NCBI GenBank assembly: GCA_964519305.1
Contig: CAZFHY010000026.1
Coordinates: 1 to 40,747 of the forward strand
Length of the DNA stretch: 40,747 nt
Reading direction: 5' to 3'
DNA from: Candidatus Undinarchaeota archaeon
GTDB taxonomy: Archaea; SpSt-1190; JASMDC01
Made by a program: the position numbers and the translations under genes. Below, in pieces: positions 6,816 to 16,691 of the stretch. Position 1 is the stretch's first letter. Every line of letters starts with the position of its first letter. The notes below the pieces were generated by a model that did no database searches, was not told the origin of the DNA, and saw nothing but the letters and a program-made list of their open reading frames with translations.

Positions 6816-9064
6816 CGTTTCGGCTTGAGGAACTGTACGACGTCGCTCGCACCTATCTTGTGAGACTCTACGCCGATCTCCTTCACAGGTTCACCGAACC
6901 ATTGGATGACGTTATTGAGGAGCGATAGGTGGTAGCCCTGGAGGTTGGAGTCGTTGAACAGGTCCGAGTCGCCGCACAGGATAACCTTACCCTTCCCCAG
7001 CTCGAGCCCGGCCATGAACACGATGTAGCCCCTCTTCTCGAACTCGTCGGGCGTGAGATTGAAGTTCTGGTCCGCGAAAGACGCTTTGCTACCCCATACG
7101 AGGGGCTGGACCTTCTTGTTCTCGATGGTGATGGAGCAGGCAGCATTGATGCGCACGCCGATGAGCCCCCGTGTGATGGGGTGGTTCGCGAGGCCCTCTA
7201 GGATCGGAGTGTAGCTCACGTTCCCGCCCTTGTCATAGTCACAGATCAGGTCGGGATTGAAGTAAGCACCCAGTTCGCCGACCACCTGGTTCAGGTACTC
7301 GTTGTTCTTCTGGTCGCCACCCCACTCGGCGACGATAAAGAGCCTCAGCCCCTTCTGCTTAACGTACCCGTGGATGAGCGCGATCTCCTCCCGGGAGAAC
7401 GGTTTGCGTGGCACCCCGATGACAAGGATGTCCCCTTCCTTTGGCTGGATGAAGAATGTCTTGAGGAACACCACTTTACCGAACCGCTTGAACACTTCGT
7501 ACATCTTACTGAACTCGGTCACGTTCTCGGCCACGAAGTTGCCGTGCGTACCGTCGACGAAGATTGTCGGTCGCGCGAGGACGGGCGCCCTCGCGTGCTG
7601 CCGTAGGACGATGATGATCATGATTGCCAGTACCGCGGCCCCGGCGAACACGATGGTCGACAGGTGACGGAATGAACCCATGATGGTATTGGCGGCGATG
7701 GCCGAGTCCTCGGACGAAATGACCGCTGTGCAGTTCACCTGGTCGGGTATCGCCCCGACGAGCTGCTGTGTCTCATTGGCCGATGACTCTAGCGCGTCGA
7801 GACGGGTCATGACCTCTGAGAGGTCGACCTCGGGCATGACTACCTCTTCCGTCGGTCGCGGGAGCGAGCGCGCTATCGCGGTCCTGTCCTGGTACTGTGA
7901 CACCACGCTGGGACGGCGGGGGAACCCGAACGCGTACACCGTGGCGTCCATGGAAGTGAACACCAGGTCCATGGTCTCGTCCCCCAGCAGGTCTGCGATC
8001 ACCGGCGAACCCCGGGTCGGGTACGTCATGTGGAACGACCAGATCTCGGCGCCGGCAACGTCGATGACACGTGTGTTGTTCTCCCCGGTGCCGTAGGCGA
8101 TATCGGGTCGTCCGTCACCGTCAAGGTCGCCCACGGCGGGCCGACCAGTGACGGCGTGGCTGCCCGTGTTCCACTTCAGGCCGCCCTTGGCATCGATGAT
8201 GTAGAGCCCGCCCTCGGCCGAACCCACCAGTACATCGAGCGAACGGTCTCCGTCCAGGTCGGTGAGCATCGGTGTCGCGGTAACGGCGCCCTGGGTACGG
8301 AAGGTCCATTGTGTGGTCCCGTCGCTGGCGATGGCCGTGACCACGCCCGCGTCGGATCCCACGAGCACTTCCAGCGAGCCGTCGCCGTCCAGATCGGCAG
8401 CGACCGGCGCGGTGCGGATCCGGCCCTCCCCGGTGAAGGTCCACTCGACCTCCTGGGTCAGACCATCGAGCACGGTGAGAGTGCCGTCGTCGGCGCCCAG
8501 CACGACCTCGTTCCCTCCGTCGCCGTCAACGTCGACGATGAGCGGCGCGGCGAGCACGTCGCCGCCGAGCTCGTGCTTCCATAACAGGATACCCCGGGCC
8601 GCGAACGCGTATGCGTTATTGTCCTCGGAGCCGACCACTATGTCCGGTACACCATCGCCGTCGATGTCGCCCACCGCAGCGGCCGCAGAGATGGAACCTC
8701 CGGTATCGAAGTGCCAGCGGTGGGCCCCTGTATGGTCGAGCACGTACACGGCACCGTCGGCCGAGCCCACGATGACCTCGAGCGTCCCATCGCCGTCAAG
8801 GTCGGCGGTCACGGGCGACGAGGTCACTGCGCCGCCGGTCTTGTACTTCCACTCGAAACCGCCGTCACCCAGGATGCAGTAGACGTTTGTATCGTAGCTG
8901 CCGACCACGACCTCCAGGGTACCGTCACCCTCGAGGTCGGCGACTGCGGGCGAGGTCGCGAAACCCACCTCCCCGCTGTAGGTCCATAGCACACCGGGCT
9001 GGCCGAGGGAAAGTGCCAACAGGAGGATGAAGGCCGTCGCCGGGACATCATGCCACCTACCCAT
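6812..9064 (-). CDS. Membrane protein: signal peptide, FG-GAP/PQQ-like beta-propeller, TM helix, C-terminal GIFT/DUF4350-like domain
   Basis: About 8 ADLDGDG..EV.VGS repeats; hydrophobic helix IVFAGAAVLAIMIIIVL; C-terminal D.THG...P...FS.EEI..I..YV...G...GKGKV...GD. Confidence 0.85.
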   Translation of the reverse strand: MGRWHDVPATAFILLLALSLGQPGVLWTYSGEVGFATSPAVADLEGDGTLEVVVGSYDTNVYCILGDGGFEWKYKTGGAVTSSPVTADLDGDGTLEVIVGSADGAVYVLDHTGAHRWHFDTGGSISAAAAVGDIDGDGVPDIVVGSEDNNAYAFAARGILLWKHELGGDVLAAPLIVDVDGDGGNEVVLGADDGTLTVLDGLTQEVEWTFTGEGRIRTAPVAADLDGDGSLEVLVGSDAGVVTAIASDGTTQWTFRTQGAVTATPMLTDLDGDRSLDVLVGSAEGGLYIIDAKGGLKWNTGSHAVTGRPAVGDLDGDGRPDIAYGTGENNTRVIDVAGAEIWSFHMTYPTRGSPVIADLLGDETMDLVFTSMDATVYAFGFPRRPSVVSQYQDRTAIARSLPRPTEEVVMPEVDLSEVMTRLDALESSANETQQLVGAIPDQVNCTAVISSEDSAIAANTIMGSFRHLSTIVFAGAAVLAIMIIIVLRQHARAPVLARPTIFVDGTHGNFVAENVTEFSKMYEVFKRFGKVVFLKTFFIQPKEGDILVIGVPRKPFSREEIALIHGYVKQKGLRLFIVAEWGGDQKNNEYLNQVVGELGAYFNPDLICDYDKGGNVSYTPILEGLANHPITRGLIGVRINAACSITIENKKVQPLVWGSKASFADQNFNLTPDEFEKRGYIVFMAGLELGKGKVILCGDSDLFNDSNLQGYHLSLLNNVIQWFGEPVKEIGVESHKIGASDVVQFLKPKR

Positions 9065-9121
9065 GGCTTCTGGAGACGTTGTTGTGTCACATATTTAAAG
9101 CATCGCCAGGAATCCAGAAGC

Positions 9122-9409
9122 ATGGGGACGAAGTTCAACCTCTCGATTGTCTACAGCGTCATCATCGCTGCCATTATCGGGATGACCCTGTTCGTCGCTA
9201 CCGGTTTCATGGATGTCGGCGAGGGTGATCAGATCGAGGTCATGATGCAGGTACTGGTGAACGCACTGATCATCGTGTACGTGTTCTTCCTTGCCATCCT
9301 GTCCGCAGTGGCCTTAGGCTTCGCATCGCTGTTCTTCAAGCTGGACGAGTTCGAGGACTACATGATCAAGGGTCTCAACGTCGTCGAGGCACGTGTCAGG
9401 AAGGACTAG
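9122..9409 (+). CDS. Small two-TM membrane protein
   Basis: Two hydrophobic stretches; ATATTTAAA box about 25 nt upstream of ATG 9122. Confidence 0.75.
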   Translation: MGTKFNLSIVYSVIIAAIIGMTLFVATGFMDVGEGDQIEVMMQVLVNALIIVYVFFLAILSAVALGFASLFFKLDEFEDYMIKGLNVVEARVRKD

Positions 9410-9471
9410 GCACGCGCCAGCGGAAAGGTTAAAAAATCGACCTCCCTTTCGGAGGTTCATCAGTTTCGTGC

Positions 9472-9544
9472 AGCCCCGTAGTGTAGCGGTCAATCATCGT
9501 GGACTCTGGATCCATGGACCCTGGTTCGAATCCGGGCGGGGCTA
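9472..9544 (+). tRNA. tRNA-Gln (CTG)
   Basis: Acceptor stem AGCCCCG/CGGGGCT, anticodon loop CTCTGGA, T-arm GGTTCGAATCC; CCA not encoded; BRE/TATA AAAGGTTAAAAA at about 9424-9436. Confidence 0.95.
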
Positions 9545-10156
9545 CTTCTCATCGCTCCCAGCGTCACCCTCGCGCCGGTCAAGCTCATTGTGCAAGAGCA
9601 CCATGGCGTGCGAGGCGAACACCGAGCGCGGTCCCACTGACACGTAGATAGGGTCCCGCCGCTCCAGCTCGGCGAGCCATTCCTTCTCCGGGTCCAGATA
9701 ATCGCCCAGCACGAACACCGTGTCGGCGGGCACTGTCGTACCGCGCAGATCGGGGGCACCCTCGCGCATGAGGCATACACGCCCGCCCAGCTCCTCCAGG
9801 AGCACAGCGAGCCCCCCGCTCCGGACGAAGATACCGGGCGTGGATTCCACCCATTCGCCCTCGGGCGCGATCGCCACGGCGCGCAGCGCCTTCTGCATGA
9901 AGATGCCCAGCACCCGTTCGTTGGGATGCACCTTGCGCAGGAGCGAGCCGTCCAGCTTGACGGTCACGGGCGGTCGCGGCGGTCCGTGCAGCACGGCGTA
10001 CAAGATCGTGTCGGAGCGGATACCGTGGGATAGGAAGAGCGCCGCCTGCACGGCACGGCACACAACGTCCATGCGCTTGGCCGAACCGGCCAGGTCCTTG
10101 AGGGTGAAATCGGGAGTCGTCACCGCGTGGGACAGGATCACGAAATGTCGCGTCAT
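9542..10156 (-). CDS. trmY: tRNA (pseudouridine54-N1)-methyltransferase, SPOUT
   Basis: F.LKDLAGS.KRMDV.CR, ALFLSHGIR.D, P.ER, STPGI, FVLGD, SVGP....ASH. Confidence 0.92.
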   Translation of the reverse strand: MTRHFVILSHAVTTPDFTLKDLAGSAKRMDVVCRAVQAALFLSHGIRSDTILYAVLHGPPRPPVTVKLDGSLLRKVHPNERVLGIFMQKALRAVAIAPEGEWVESTPGIFVRSGGLAVLLEELGGRVCLMREGAPDLRGTTVPADTVFVLGDYLDPEKEWLAELERRDPIYVSVGPRSVFASHAMVLLHNELDRREGDAGSDEK

Positions 10157-11946
10157 CCGAAACCCTGCCTCCTGAGCTTCTCGTCCACGGATCCGGGCTC
10201 GACACCGCGGCCGATTAGGTCGGCACGGAACCGCTTCACCGCCGTACTGAAGGACATCTCGATGTCCACTTGGTCGTACCCGGCCTGGGCCAGGGCGTGC
10301 CCGAGCTCGTTCTGAGTGTACCCGCGATGGAGGAGATGGACCACGTAGTCCTCGGTGGTCTGCTCCAGCACCCGTTCGACGACCTGTACGGGGAACCCGC
10401 GGCCGAGGAGGTCGGCGCGGACGTCATCCCGGGTCTCACCGCGTGACGAGCGACCTTCCTCGTACTCGTTAAGAGAGAACGCCACGGCATCGCGCACGAC
10501 ATCGGACGAGTACCCTGTGCCCTTCAGCGAAGCCATGATGATGTCATGGTCGTAGCCGTCCTCCAGCCTGCGGCATATGTACTCGACCGCTTTGGCGAAC
10601 TCCTCCCGTCGTGCCTCCGGATCGCGGTGGAGGACCTTCCTTTCGTCAACGTCAGGGACCGGGGGGCCGGCGCCTCCCTTCGGTGTCGGAGGACGTGCCT
10701 TCTTGGGCTCGGACCGTTCGCGTGCTTCCTTGGCCCGCTTCTTCCTGATATGTCGCCTTCGGTCCTCCTCCTCCTCATCGTACTCGTCGTCGTCCTCGTC
10801 GTCCATCCACGCACCACGGCTCTGCAGCCACAGCACGATGGCGCCCAGGAGCATCACCACGCCGAAACCTATGAGGACGGCGCCGACCGGCTCAACCGAT
10901 GGGAACGCGGACGGCGGCGGAGTGGGCGTGGGGGGCGCTCTTGTCGGTTCGGGGGTCACCTGGACCAGTCCGAGACCCTCGGCGCGGAATCCCAGGAACG
11001 ACGGGTAGGGTGCCGGCATCAGCACGGCGGCCTCGGCCAGCGCGCCCCATGCCTGGTCCACAGTGTCGTTGCACTCCCCTCCGTCACACCCGGGCACATC
11101 GTCAAGGCGGTCCAGGGCCCGCTCCCGCACCTCCGGCCTGTCCAGCACATGTCCGGCGTGGGCCAGTCCCATGATCAGCACGAACCTGTCCGCGGGTACG
11201 CACTCCTCCCCACAGGCGCTCTCGGCGATCGTGGTGAGGTTGGCCAGGGCAGCGGTGATCGTCAGGTCCTGTGTCGAACCGGCAGCAGATGCCAGGGCGA
11301 TGAGCCACAGCCCCGCGTCCCGTGGCGAACTGCACTCAGACCATGGAGGCACGCACGTGCCCGCTCCAGCCCGGGCCAGGTCGATGGCACGCTCAGTGGG
11401 CTCACCCGTCGTCTCCGACCGGCGGAGCGCGGCGAGCACGGCCCACGCACCGTCCTCGGCGGACACGGGCACGTACACTTCCCACTCGTCAGAGCATAAG
11501 GTCGCATGACGCACCTCCATGGACGTCTGGTGGAGCGCGCGCATAGCGAGCATGCGCAGGGGCAGCCCTGAGGTAGGACATGTGAGGTTCCGGCTCTCCA
11601 GTGCATAGAGGAGCGCCTTTGCAGCGGCGAGATGCTCCGTTCGGCCGGTGGCCTCGTGGAGCCGCGAGTAGGAGAGCAGGAGGATGGACGCGTCCCGCGG
11701 CCGTGCGATGCACCCTGGCGGGAGCTGTGGACCGCACACGATATCCCCCTCGAGATGGACCTCCGCCGAGGATATCGCGTCAGCGAGCTCTGTCCTGCCT
11801 GCCTCCAGCGCGGCCAGTACCGTCAGCGCCTGTGACTCCACACCCCCGGTGTCGGAACCGCCAGGGGGGAGCGCATCAGCGTACGGTCCCGCTGCTGCCA
11901 GTATCAGGACGATGACGATGACGGGGAGAGCGGCGCGGCTGTCCAT
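10153..11946 (-). CDS. Type I membrane protein: Cys-containing helical ectodomain, PT linker, TM, cytoplasmic acidic/basic tract and helical repeats
   Basis: Signal peptide, TM VLIGFGVVMLLGAIVLWL, DDEDDDEYDEEEE tract, repeated L..G[YF] motifs. Confidence 0.8.
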   Translation of the reverse strand: MDSRAALPVIVIVLILAAAGPYADALPPGGSDTGGVESQALTVLAALEAGRTELADAISSAEVHLEGDIVCGPQLPPGCIARPRDASILLLSYSRLHEATGRTEHLAAAKALLYALESRNLTCPTSGLPLRMLAMRALHQTSMEVRHATLCSDEWEVYVPVSAEDGAWAVLAALRRSETTGEPTERAIDLARAGAGTCVPPWSECSSPRDAGLWLIALASAAGSTQDLTITAALANLTTIAESACGEECVPADRFVLIMGLAHAGHVLDRPEVRERALDRLDDVPGCDGGECNDTVDQAWGALAEAAVLMPAPYPSFLGFRAEGLGLVQVTPEPTRAPPTPTPPPSAFPSVEPVGAVLIGFGVVMLLGAIVLWLQSRGAWMDDEDDDEYDEEEEDRRRHIRKKRAKEARERSEPKKARPPTPKGGAGPPVPDVDERKVLHRDPEARREEFAKAVEYICRRLEDGYDHDIIMASLKGTGYSSDVVRDAVAFSLNEYEEGRSSRGETRDDVRADLLGRGFPVQVVERVLEQTTEDYVVHLLHRGYTQNELGHALAQAGYDQVDIEMSFSTAVKRFRADLIGRGVEPGSVDEKLRRQGFG

Positions 11947-11950
11947 GGTT

Positions 11951-13522
11951 TCACAGGAGGGGTCCTATAGCACCCTCTACGGCCTCGACGAGCCGGCCCG
12001 ACACGACCAGTGCCTTGACCGTCCGCACGTCCTGTATGAGGAGGCGGTCGTGGTCGAGATGTGGCACGAGCTCGCGGACAGCCGCGTGACCGGAGAGGAT
12101 GCCCTTCCCGGGGAGGATCTCGGGCACGTAGTAGTCCAGCGCCTGGGCGGCGCAAAGCACCTCGGTGGCCAGGACATGGGTGACGTTCTCCACGACCTGG
12201 ACGGCCTTGCGCGCGGCCGTGGTGCCCATGCTCACATGGTCCTCCTGTGATGCGGACACGGGTATCGAGTCCACGCTGGCCGGGTGAGCGAGTATCTTGT
12301 TCTCCGACACCAGCGACGCAGCGGTGTACTGGGCGATCATCAGCCCGGAGTTGAGCCCGCCCTTGTCGGTGAGGAACGGCGGCAGGTTGGATATGTTATG
12401 GTTGAGCAGGCGCTCGATACGGCGCTCGGAGATGTTCGCGAGCTCCGCGATGGCTATGCACAGGAAGTCCATGGCGATGGCCACGGGCTGGCCGTGGAAG
12501 TTGCCGCCCGAGATCGACTCGCATTCCTTTGTGAACACCAGAGGATTGTCGGTGGCGGCGTTGAGCTCCGTGGTGACGATCTTCGAGACGTAGTCTATGG
12601 CGTCCCGTGTGGCGCCGTGGACCTGGGGCATGCACCGCAGGGTGTAAGCGTCCTGTACCTTGGGACAATCGCGATGGGAAGCGACGATGGCGCTGTCCAC
12701 GGTGAGCATGCGCATGTTCTCGGCCACCGCAAGCTGGCCCGTGTGGGGGCGCGCCATATGGATCCGTTCATCGAAGTGCCGGTCCGTGCCCTTGAGCCCC
12801 TCCAGGCTCATTATCCCGGCGACATCGGCCACCTTGAGGAGCCTTCGTGAGTCGTACAAGGCGAGCGCCGCCATAGCGGTCATCACCTGTGTACCGTTGA
12901 TGAGAGCTAGCCCCTCCTTGGCCTCGAGAGTGAGCGTCTTGATACCTGCCCGCTCCATGGCCGTACCTCCCAGGAGCCGCTCGCCCTTGACGAACGCCTC
13001 ACCCTCGCCCAGCATCACCAGCGCCATGTGCGCCAGGGGGGCCAGGTCGCCCGACGCGCCCAGCGAGCCCTTCTCCGGGATGAGCGGGTGGACCCCCTTG
13101 TTGAGCATCTCCACCAGTGTCTCGATGAGCACCGGACGTACGCCGCTCATACCCTTGGCCAATCCGTTGGCCCGCAGTAGCAGGATGGCCCGCACGGTCT
13201 CCCGGTGATGTGGGTGCCCCGTTGCCGCGGCATGGCTGAGGATGATGTTCTGCTGGAGGTGTGCGACCTCCTCGGGCGAGATTACGACCTTGCACAGGTC
13301 ACCGAAACCGGTGTTGATACCGTAGGAGACCTTGCCCTCCTTGATGATGGCGTCCACTACCTTCCGGTTCGTGCGTACCTTGTCGAGGACCTTCTTCGAC
13401 ACGGTGACCTTCGCCATGTAGCGGGCCACCGCGACGACCTCGGGTATGGTGAGCGTGTCACCGTCGATGGCGACTTCCTTGATATCCTCGGCGCGCACGT
13501 CGGCCGTTCTGTCCCCCGGCAT
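11951..13522 (-). CDS. hutH: Histidine ammonia-lyase
   Basis: YGINTGFG, MIO motif GASGDLAPL, QDAYTLRC, SGGNFHGQP, QEDHVSMG. Confidence 0.97.
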   Translation of the reverse strand: MPGDRTADVRAEDIKEVAIDGDTLTIPEVVAVARYMAKVTVSKKVLDKVRTNRKVVDAIIKEGKVSYGINTGFGDLCKVVISPEEVAHLQQNIILSHAAATGHPHHRETVRAILLLRANGLAKGMSGVRPVLIETLVEMLNKGVHPLIPEKGSLGASGDLAPLAHMALVMLGEGEAFVKGERLLGGTAMERAGIKTLTLEAKEGLALINGTQVMTAMAALALYDSRRLLKVADVAGIMSLEGLKGTDRHFDERIHMARPHTGQLAVAENMRMLTVDSAIVASHRDCPKVQDAYTLRCMPQVHGATRDAIDYVSKIVTTELNAATDNPLVFTKECESISGGNFHGQPVAIAMDFLCIAIAELANISERRIERLLNHNISNLPPFLTDKGGLNSGLMIAQYTAASLVSENKILAHPASVDSIPVSASQEDHVSMGTTAARKAVQVVENVTHVLATEVLCAAQALDYYVPEILPGKGILSGHAAVRELVPHLDHDRLLIQDVRTVKALVVSGRLVEAVEGAIGPLL

Positions 13523-13580
13523 CCGGCCCCGCTCAGCGAGCGAACGCATATAAATCTAGTGCCGCGGCCGTGGCGGATCC

Positions 13581-15545
13581 CTACTCGAGCTCGGCGATGA
13601 CGTCGTCCAGATCGAGATCATCCCCGCCGGCGGACGAGGTGGCGGGCGCATGTGTAGCGACCTCGTCAAGACCGGAGTGGATGTCCAGTGACGGGGCCGC
13701 TGCCACTGCGGCGGACGGCGCGCGAGGTGCGGCCGCCTGAACTGGCTCCTCTGGCACCTCACCACCACGGGACGGGACGAGCGAGCGTACCTTGTCCTTG
13801 ATGCGCTGGACATCGGCCGCGACCACGGCCTTGGGGTCCTCCGCCCCACGGAGCTGTTTGGCCCAGTAACCGACCCCAGCTAGCACCACCGATCCCAGCA
13901 CGGCGACGAGCACCATGGGGACACTACTGGTCTCTTCCTTGGAGAGCAGGTCCAGCCTATATTCATCTCCCTCTCCGGACACGTTGACCGTATCGTTGAC
14001 CGGCGCCGGCGTGGGAGTGGGCGTGTTGAAGTGTACGATGATACCTGGGTCGGGCGTGGCGTTGGCCGGGGGCGCCGTTACGTTGGTATCGGTGACATTG
14101 AGCGCTCCGGGCATCGCGGTCGCATTGGGAACAGTAGATGTCGCCGTACCGTTCGGCACGTTCGTGGGCACCGGCGTCGGTTCGGGCGTCGGTTCGGGCG
14201 TGGGCTCGGGCGTCGGTTCCGGAGTGGGCTGCTCGAGCCGGGGCACGCACATGCCGCCCAGGTAGAAGTACCCCGGCTTGCATCCGCAGTCAGGGAAACA
14301 GCTGGTCTTGTTCTCGCCCGGGTCACAATTCCCGTCGCCGCAGGTGACGTTGTAGCACCCCAGCCCACGGGACCGTGTCCGCACCGGGATGCACGTCTCG
14401 CTGGGGAGGCATCCGCACTCGTCGGGCAATGTGGCGCAGTTCTCGCCCACCTCGGTGTCGCACCGCTGGTTCCCGGAGCAATCCTCTAACCGGCAGTCCT
14501 CCGGACAGACCCCGCACTCCCCCTGGCCCTGCCCGCAATACCCGTCACCGCACATCAGCGAGCCCCGGTAACCGAACTGCGATGGCGTCCGGACCGGCTT
14601 CTCCCACACGAGCAGCGACCGGTTCACCAGACCCGCGTACACACGTCCGTCGTCCGCGAACAGCGACTGTACCCCGGCACCGTTGTTCAGCACGGCCACC
14701 TGGGCGAAGCTCTCGTTCTTCTTCCACACACGCACCTTCCCGTCGTGTGACGAGGAGTAGAGGTACCGCTCGTCGGCGAACACTCGCGTGATGCGCGCCC
14801 CGTGGCCCGACAGGGTGGTGACGGGCTGGTAATTGACCTTCTTGTTGTACACCCTGATGTCCCGCGGATCGCCGTCTGAGCGCGGTACCGCGTAGAAGTA
14901 GTCATCGTCCGCGAACATGTAGATGGGACAATCGGTCTGGTTGAGGACCTTCACCTGCTCGAACTCATCGTCAGGGTCCATCACATGGATCTTGGACGAG
15001 TTACCATCGCAGGCGTAGAGGTGTTCGCCGTCGGCGAATATGTCGCCCGCATGCGCCAGTATGATACGCTCCGCCAGCACGAAACCCGTGGTCAGGTTGA
15101 ACCCGTAGATGATCTCGTCCCGCGCGGTGATGACATAGAGGAAATGTTCGTCCACCGTGATACCGGTGACCTCGGACTGGAATATCGACGGCGCGGATAT
15201 CATGATCAGGTCGTACCTCTTATCCCGGATCCTCACCGTCCTGTCAGGGGACCCCGAGTACAGGTACCGCTCGTCGGCGACCATGGCGACCACGTGGGAT
15301 GTGTGCTCGTACTTCCCGGTCAGATTACCGGCGAGCTGGGTCCCATTGGTCTTGTCCAGCAGCTTGATCACGCCGCCGTTCTGTCCGAGGTAGACGTAGG
15401 TGTCATCACCATGGATGACATTGGTCCAGCCCACCTCGATGTCGAGGATGGGCCGCTCTGCCCATTCCTCTTGCGCCGCGGAGGCCAGGACGAGTGTGAT
15501 GGCGAGCGCGACGAGAACGAGGCTGCGTATCCCCTGCTCGGTCAT
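13581..15545 (-). CDS. Surface protein: WD40 beta-propeller, CGDG.C Cys-rich repeats, PT linker, C-terminal TM
   Basis: LSGH...LYSSSHDGKVRVW repeats; CGDGYC/CGDGNC; PTPE repeats; many N-x-S/T sequons. Confidence 0.85.
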   Translation of the reverse strand: MTEQGIRSLVLVALAITLVLASAAQEEWAERPILDIEVGWTNVIHGDDTYVYLGQNGGVIKLLDKTNGTQLAGNLTGKYEHTSHVVAMVADERYLYSGSPDRTVRIRDKRYDLIMISAPSIFQSEVTGITVDEHFLYVITARDEIIYGFNLTTGFVLAERIILAHAGDIFADGEHLYACDGNSSKIHVMDPDDEFEQVKVLNQTDCPIYMFADDDYFYAVPRSDGDPRDIRVYNKKVNYQPVTTLSGHGARITRVFADERYLYSSSHDGKVRVWKKNESFAQVAVLNNGAGVQSLFADDGRVYAGLVNRSLLVWEKPVRTPSQFGYRGSLMCGDGYCGQGQGECGVCPEDCRLEDCSGNQRCDTEVGENCATLPDECGCLPSETCIPVRTRSRGLGCYNVTCGDGNCDPGENKTSCFPDCGCKPGYFYLGGMCVPRLEQPTPEPTPEPTPEPTPEPTPVPTNVPNGTATSTVPNATAMPGALNVTDTNVTAPPANATPDPGIIVHFNTPTPTPAPVNDTVNVSGEGDEYRLDLLSKEETSSVPMVLVAVLGSVVLAGVGYWAKQLRGAEDPKAVVAADVQRIKDKVRSLVPSRGGEVPEEPVQAAAPRAPSAAVAAAPSLDIHSGLDEVATHAPATSSAGGDDLDLDDVIAELE

Positions 15546-15595
15546 CAACGGGTACCAACGGCCCCATGATTAAAAAAGCTGCCGATGCCCGGTGT

Positions 15596-16333
15596 TCACT
15601 TCCCGGGCCTGAGCGACTGGTAGAGCTCCTCGATGAGCGAGTCGATGCCCGCCCGCTTCTCTGCACCATCATCCTTGTCCACGGTGGTGGAGCGGTCCAG
15701 GGGCTCGCCCTTGACGCCCCAGTCCCAGATGGTGGCCTCGGAGGCCGCTTCGTTCTCCTTGTACGAGACGAGCGGGCTGGTGTCGCCTAGCTCGACCTTC
15801 TCGAGCTGGTAGTGGAACTCGTGACTGCAGCAGTCGTCGAGGTCCCGGCCAGCCTCTGCCGTGGTGGTGGCGACCAGGCCGTACCCGCCAGTGGTGAGGA
15901 ACAGTGTCTTGATATACCGGTCCTCGCCCGTGTCGCACCCGGCGTTCGACCAGGTGGTGATGGCAGCGTAGGGCACGTCCTTTTCCACGGGCCTGTACCC
16001 GGCCAGCTCCTTTTCCAGCTCGCTGTCGGAGAAGCTGCCCTTGAGCGAGTACTCGGGGACCTCGAGCCGGTCGATGCTGCCCCCGGAGCCGCTGAGATTA
16101 CCCTTTCCGGTGGACCGGGTCATCATCCGGCCGGTGAGGTCGCTAGCCTGGCCGATCTTACCGTAGGGCTGGTCGGCCAACGGCGCGTCCTGTGTCAGGG
16201 ATGCGAGGAAGGGCCGGAACCCGTAGAAGTTCATACCGTACTCACGTGAGCCCTCGAGGGAGTAGACGCTGTTCTGCTCGCCGTCCTTGACGACCAGTAG
16301 CGTATCCACGTCGTTGGTGAGGAGGTAAGCCAT
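15596..16333 (-). CDS. Hypothetical acidic protein
   Basis: 245 aa ORF with typical codon usage and an upstream TTAAATA box. Confidence 0.75.
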   Translation of the reverse strand: MAYLLTNDVDTLLVVKDGEQNSVYSLEGSREYGMNFYGFRPFLASLTQDAPLADQPYGKIGQASDLTGRMMTRSTGKGNLSGSGGSIDRLEVPEYSLKGSFSDSELEKELAGYRPVEKDVPYAAITTWSNAGCDTGEDRYIKTLFLTTGGYGLVATTTAEAGRDLDDCCSHEFHYQLEKVELGDTSPLVSYKENEAASEATIWDWGVKGEPLDRSTTVDKDDGAEKRAGIDSLIEELYQSLRPGK

Positions 16334-16484
16334 GGGGACCGGTCACCTTTCGATAGCGAAGGAACCTCCGCTGCTATTTAAGGATTGCCTTGGTGTTACT
16401 ACTCTTGAATGAATATACTTTGGGGGGCCGTCTTTACCACGGGCGTCCGATTAATATATCTTCCATCCCCTGATGGACCCTGGT

Positions 16485-16679
16485 ATGGCCAAGATCGACA
16501 TCAGCTGGATCTTCGTGCTCATAGGGGGCTTCACCGTCGTGAGCGCCGCGCTCGACCTGCCGTTCTTCATGCAGCACCCCAAGGCCCGCGGCCTCTCGAG
16601 GATAATCGGGTACTCGGGGGCACGTGCGTTCTACATATTCTTCGGCCTGGTCTTGATAGTCGTTGGGCTCAATAATTAG
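16485..16679 (+). CDS. Small two-TM membrane protein, Imm17-like
   Basis: A..D..FFM...KAR.....IG...AR.FY..FG pattern recalled from the Imm17 family; TTAATATA upstream. Confidence 0.65.
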   Translation: MAKIDISWIFVLIGGFTVVSAALDLPFFMQHPKARGLSRIIGYSGARAFYIFFGLVLIVVGLNN

Positions 16680-16691
16680 TGATCGCGTCCC

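Noticed and set aside
11880-11946. MDSRAALPVIVIVLIL start as a seventh MDDRTLL member
   Set aside because: Only weak similarity, no L.E.R or PPAN motif; treated as an ordinary signal peptide
14170-14230. 12-nt tandem repeats here and similar ones at about 27650-27720, 28320-28370 and 33000-33200 as possible CRISPR or VNTR arrays
   Set aside because: They encode Pro/Thr linkers in frame; no unique spacers or cas genes
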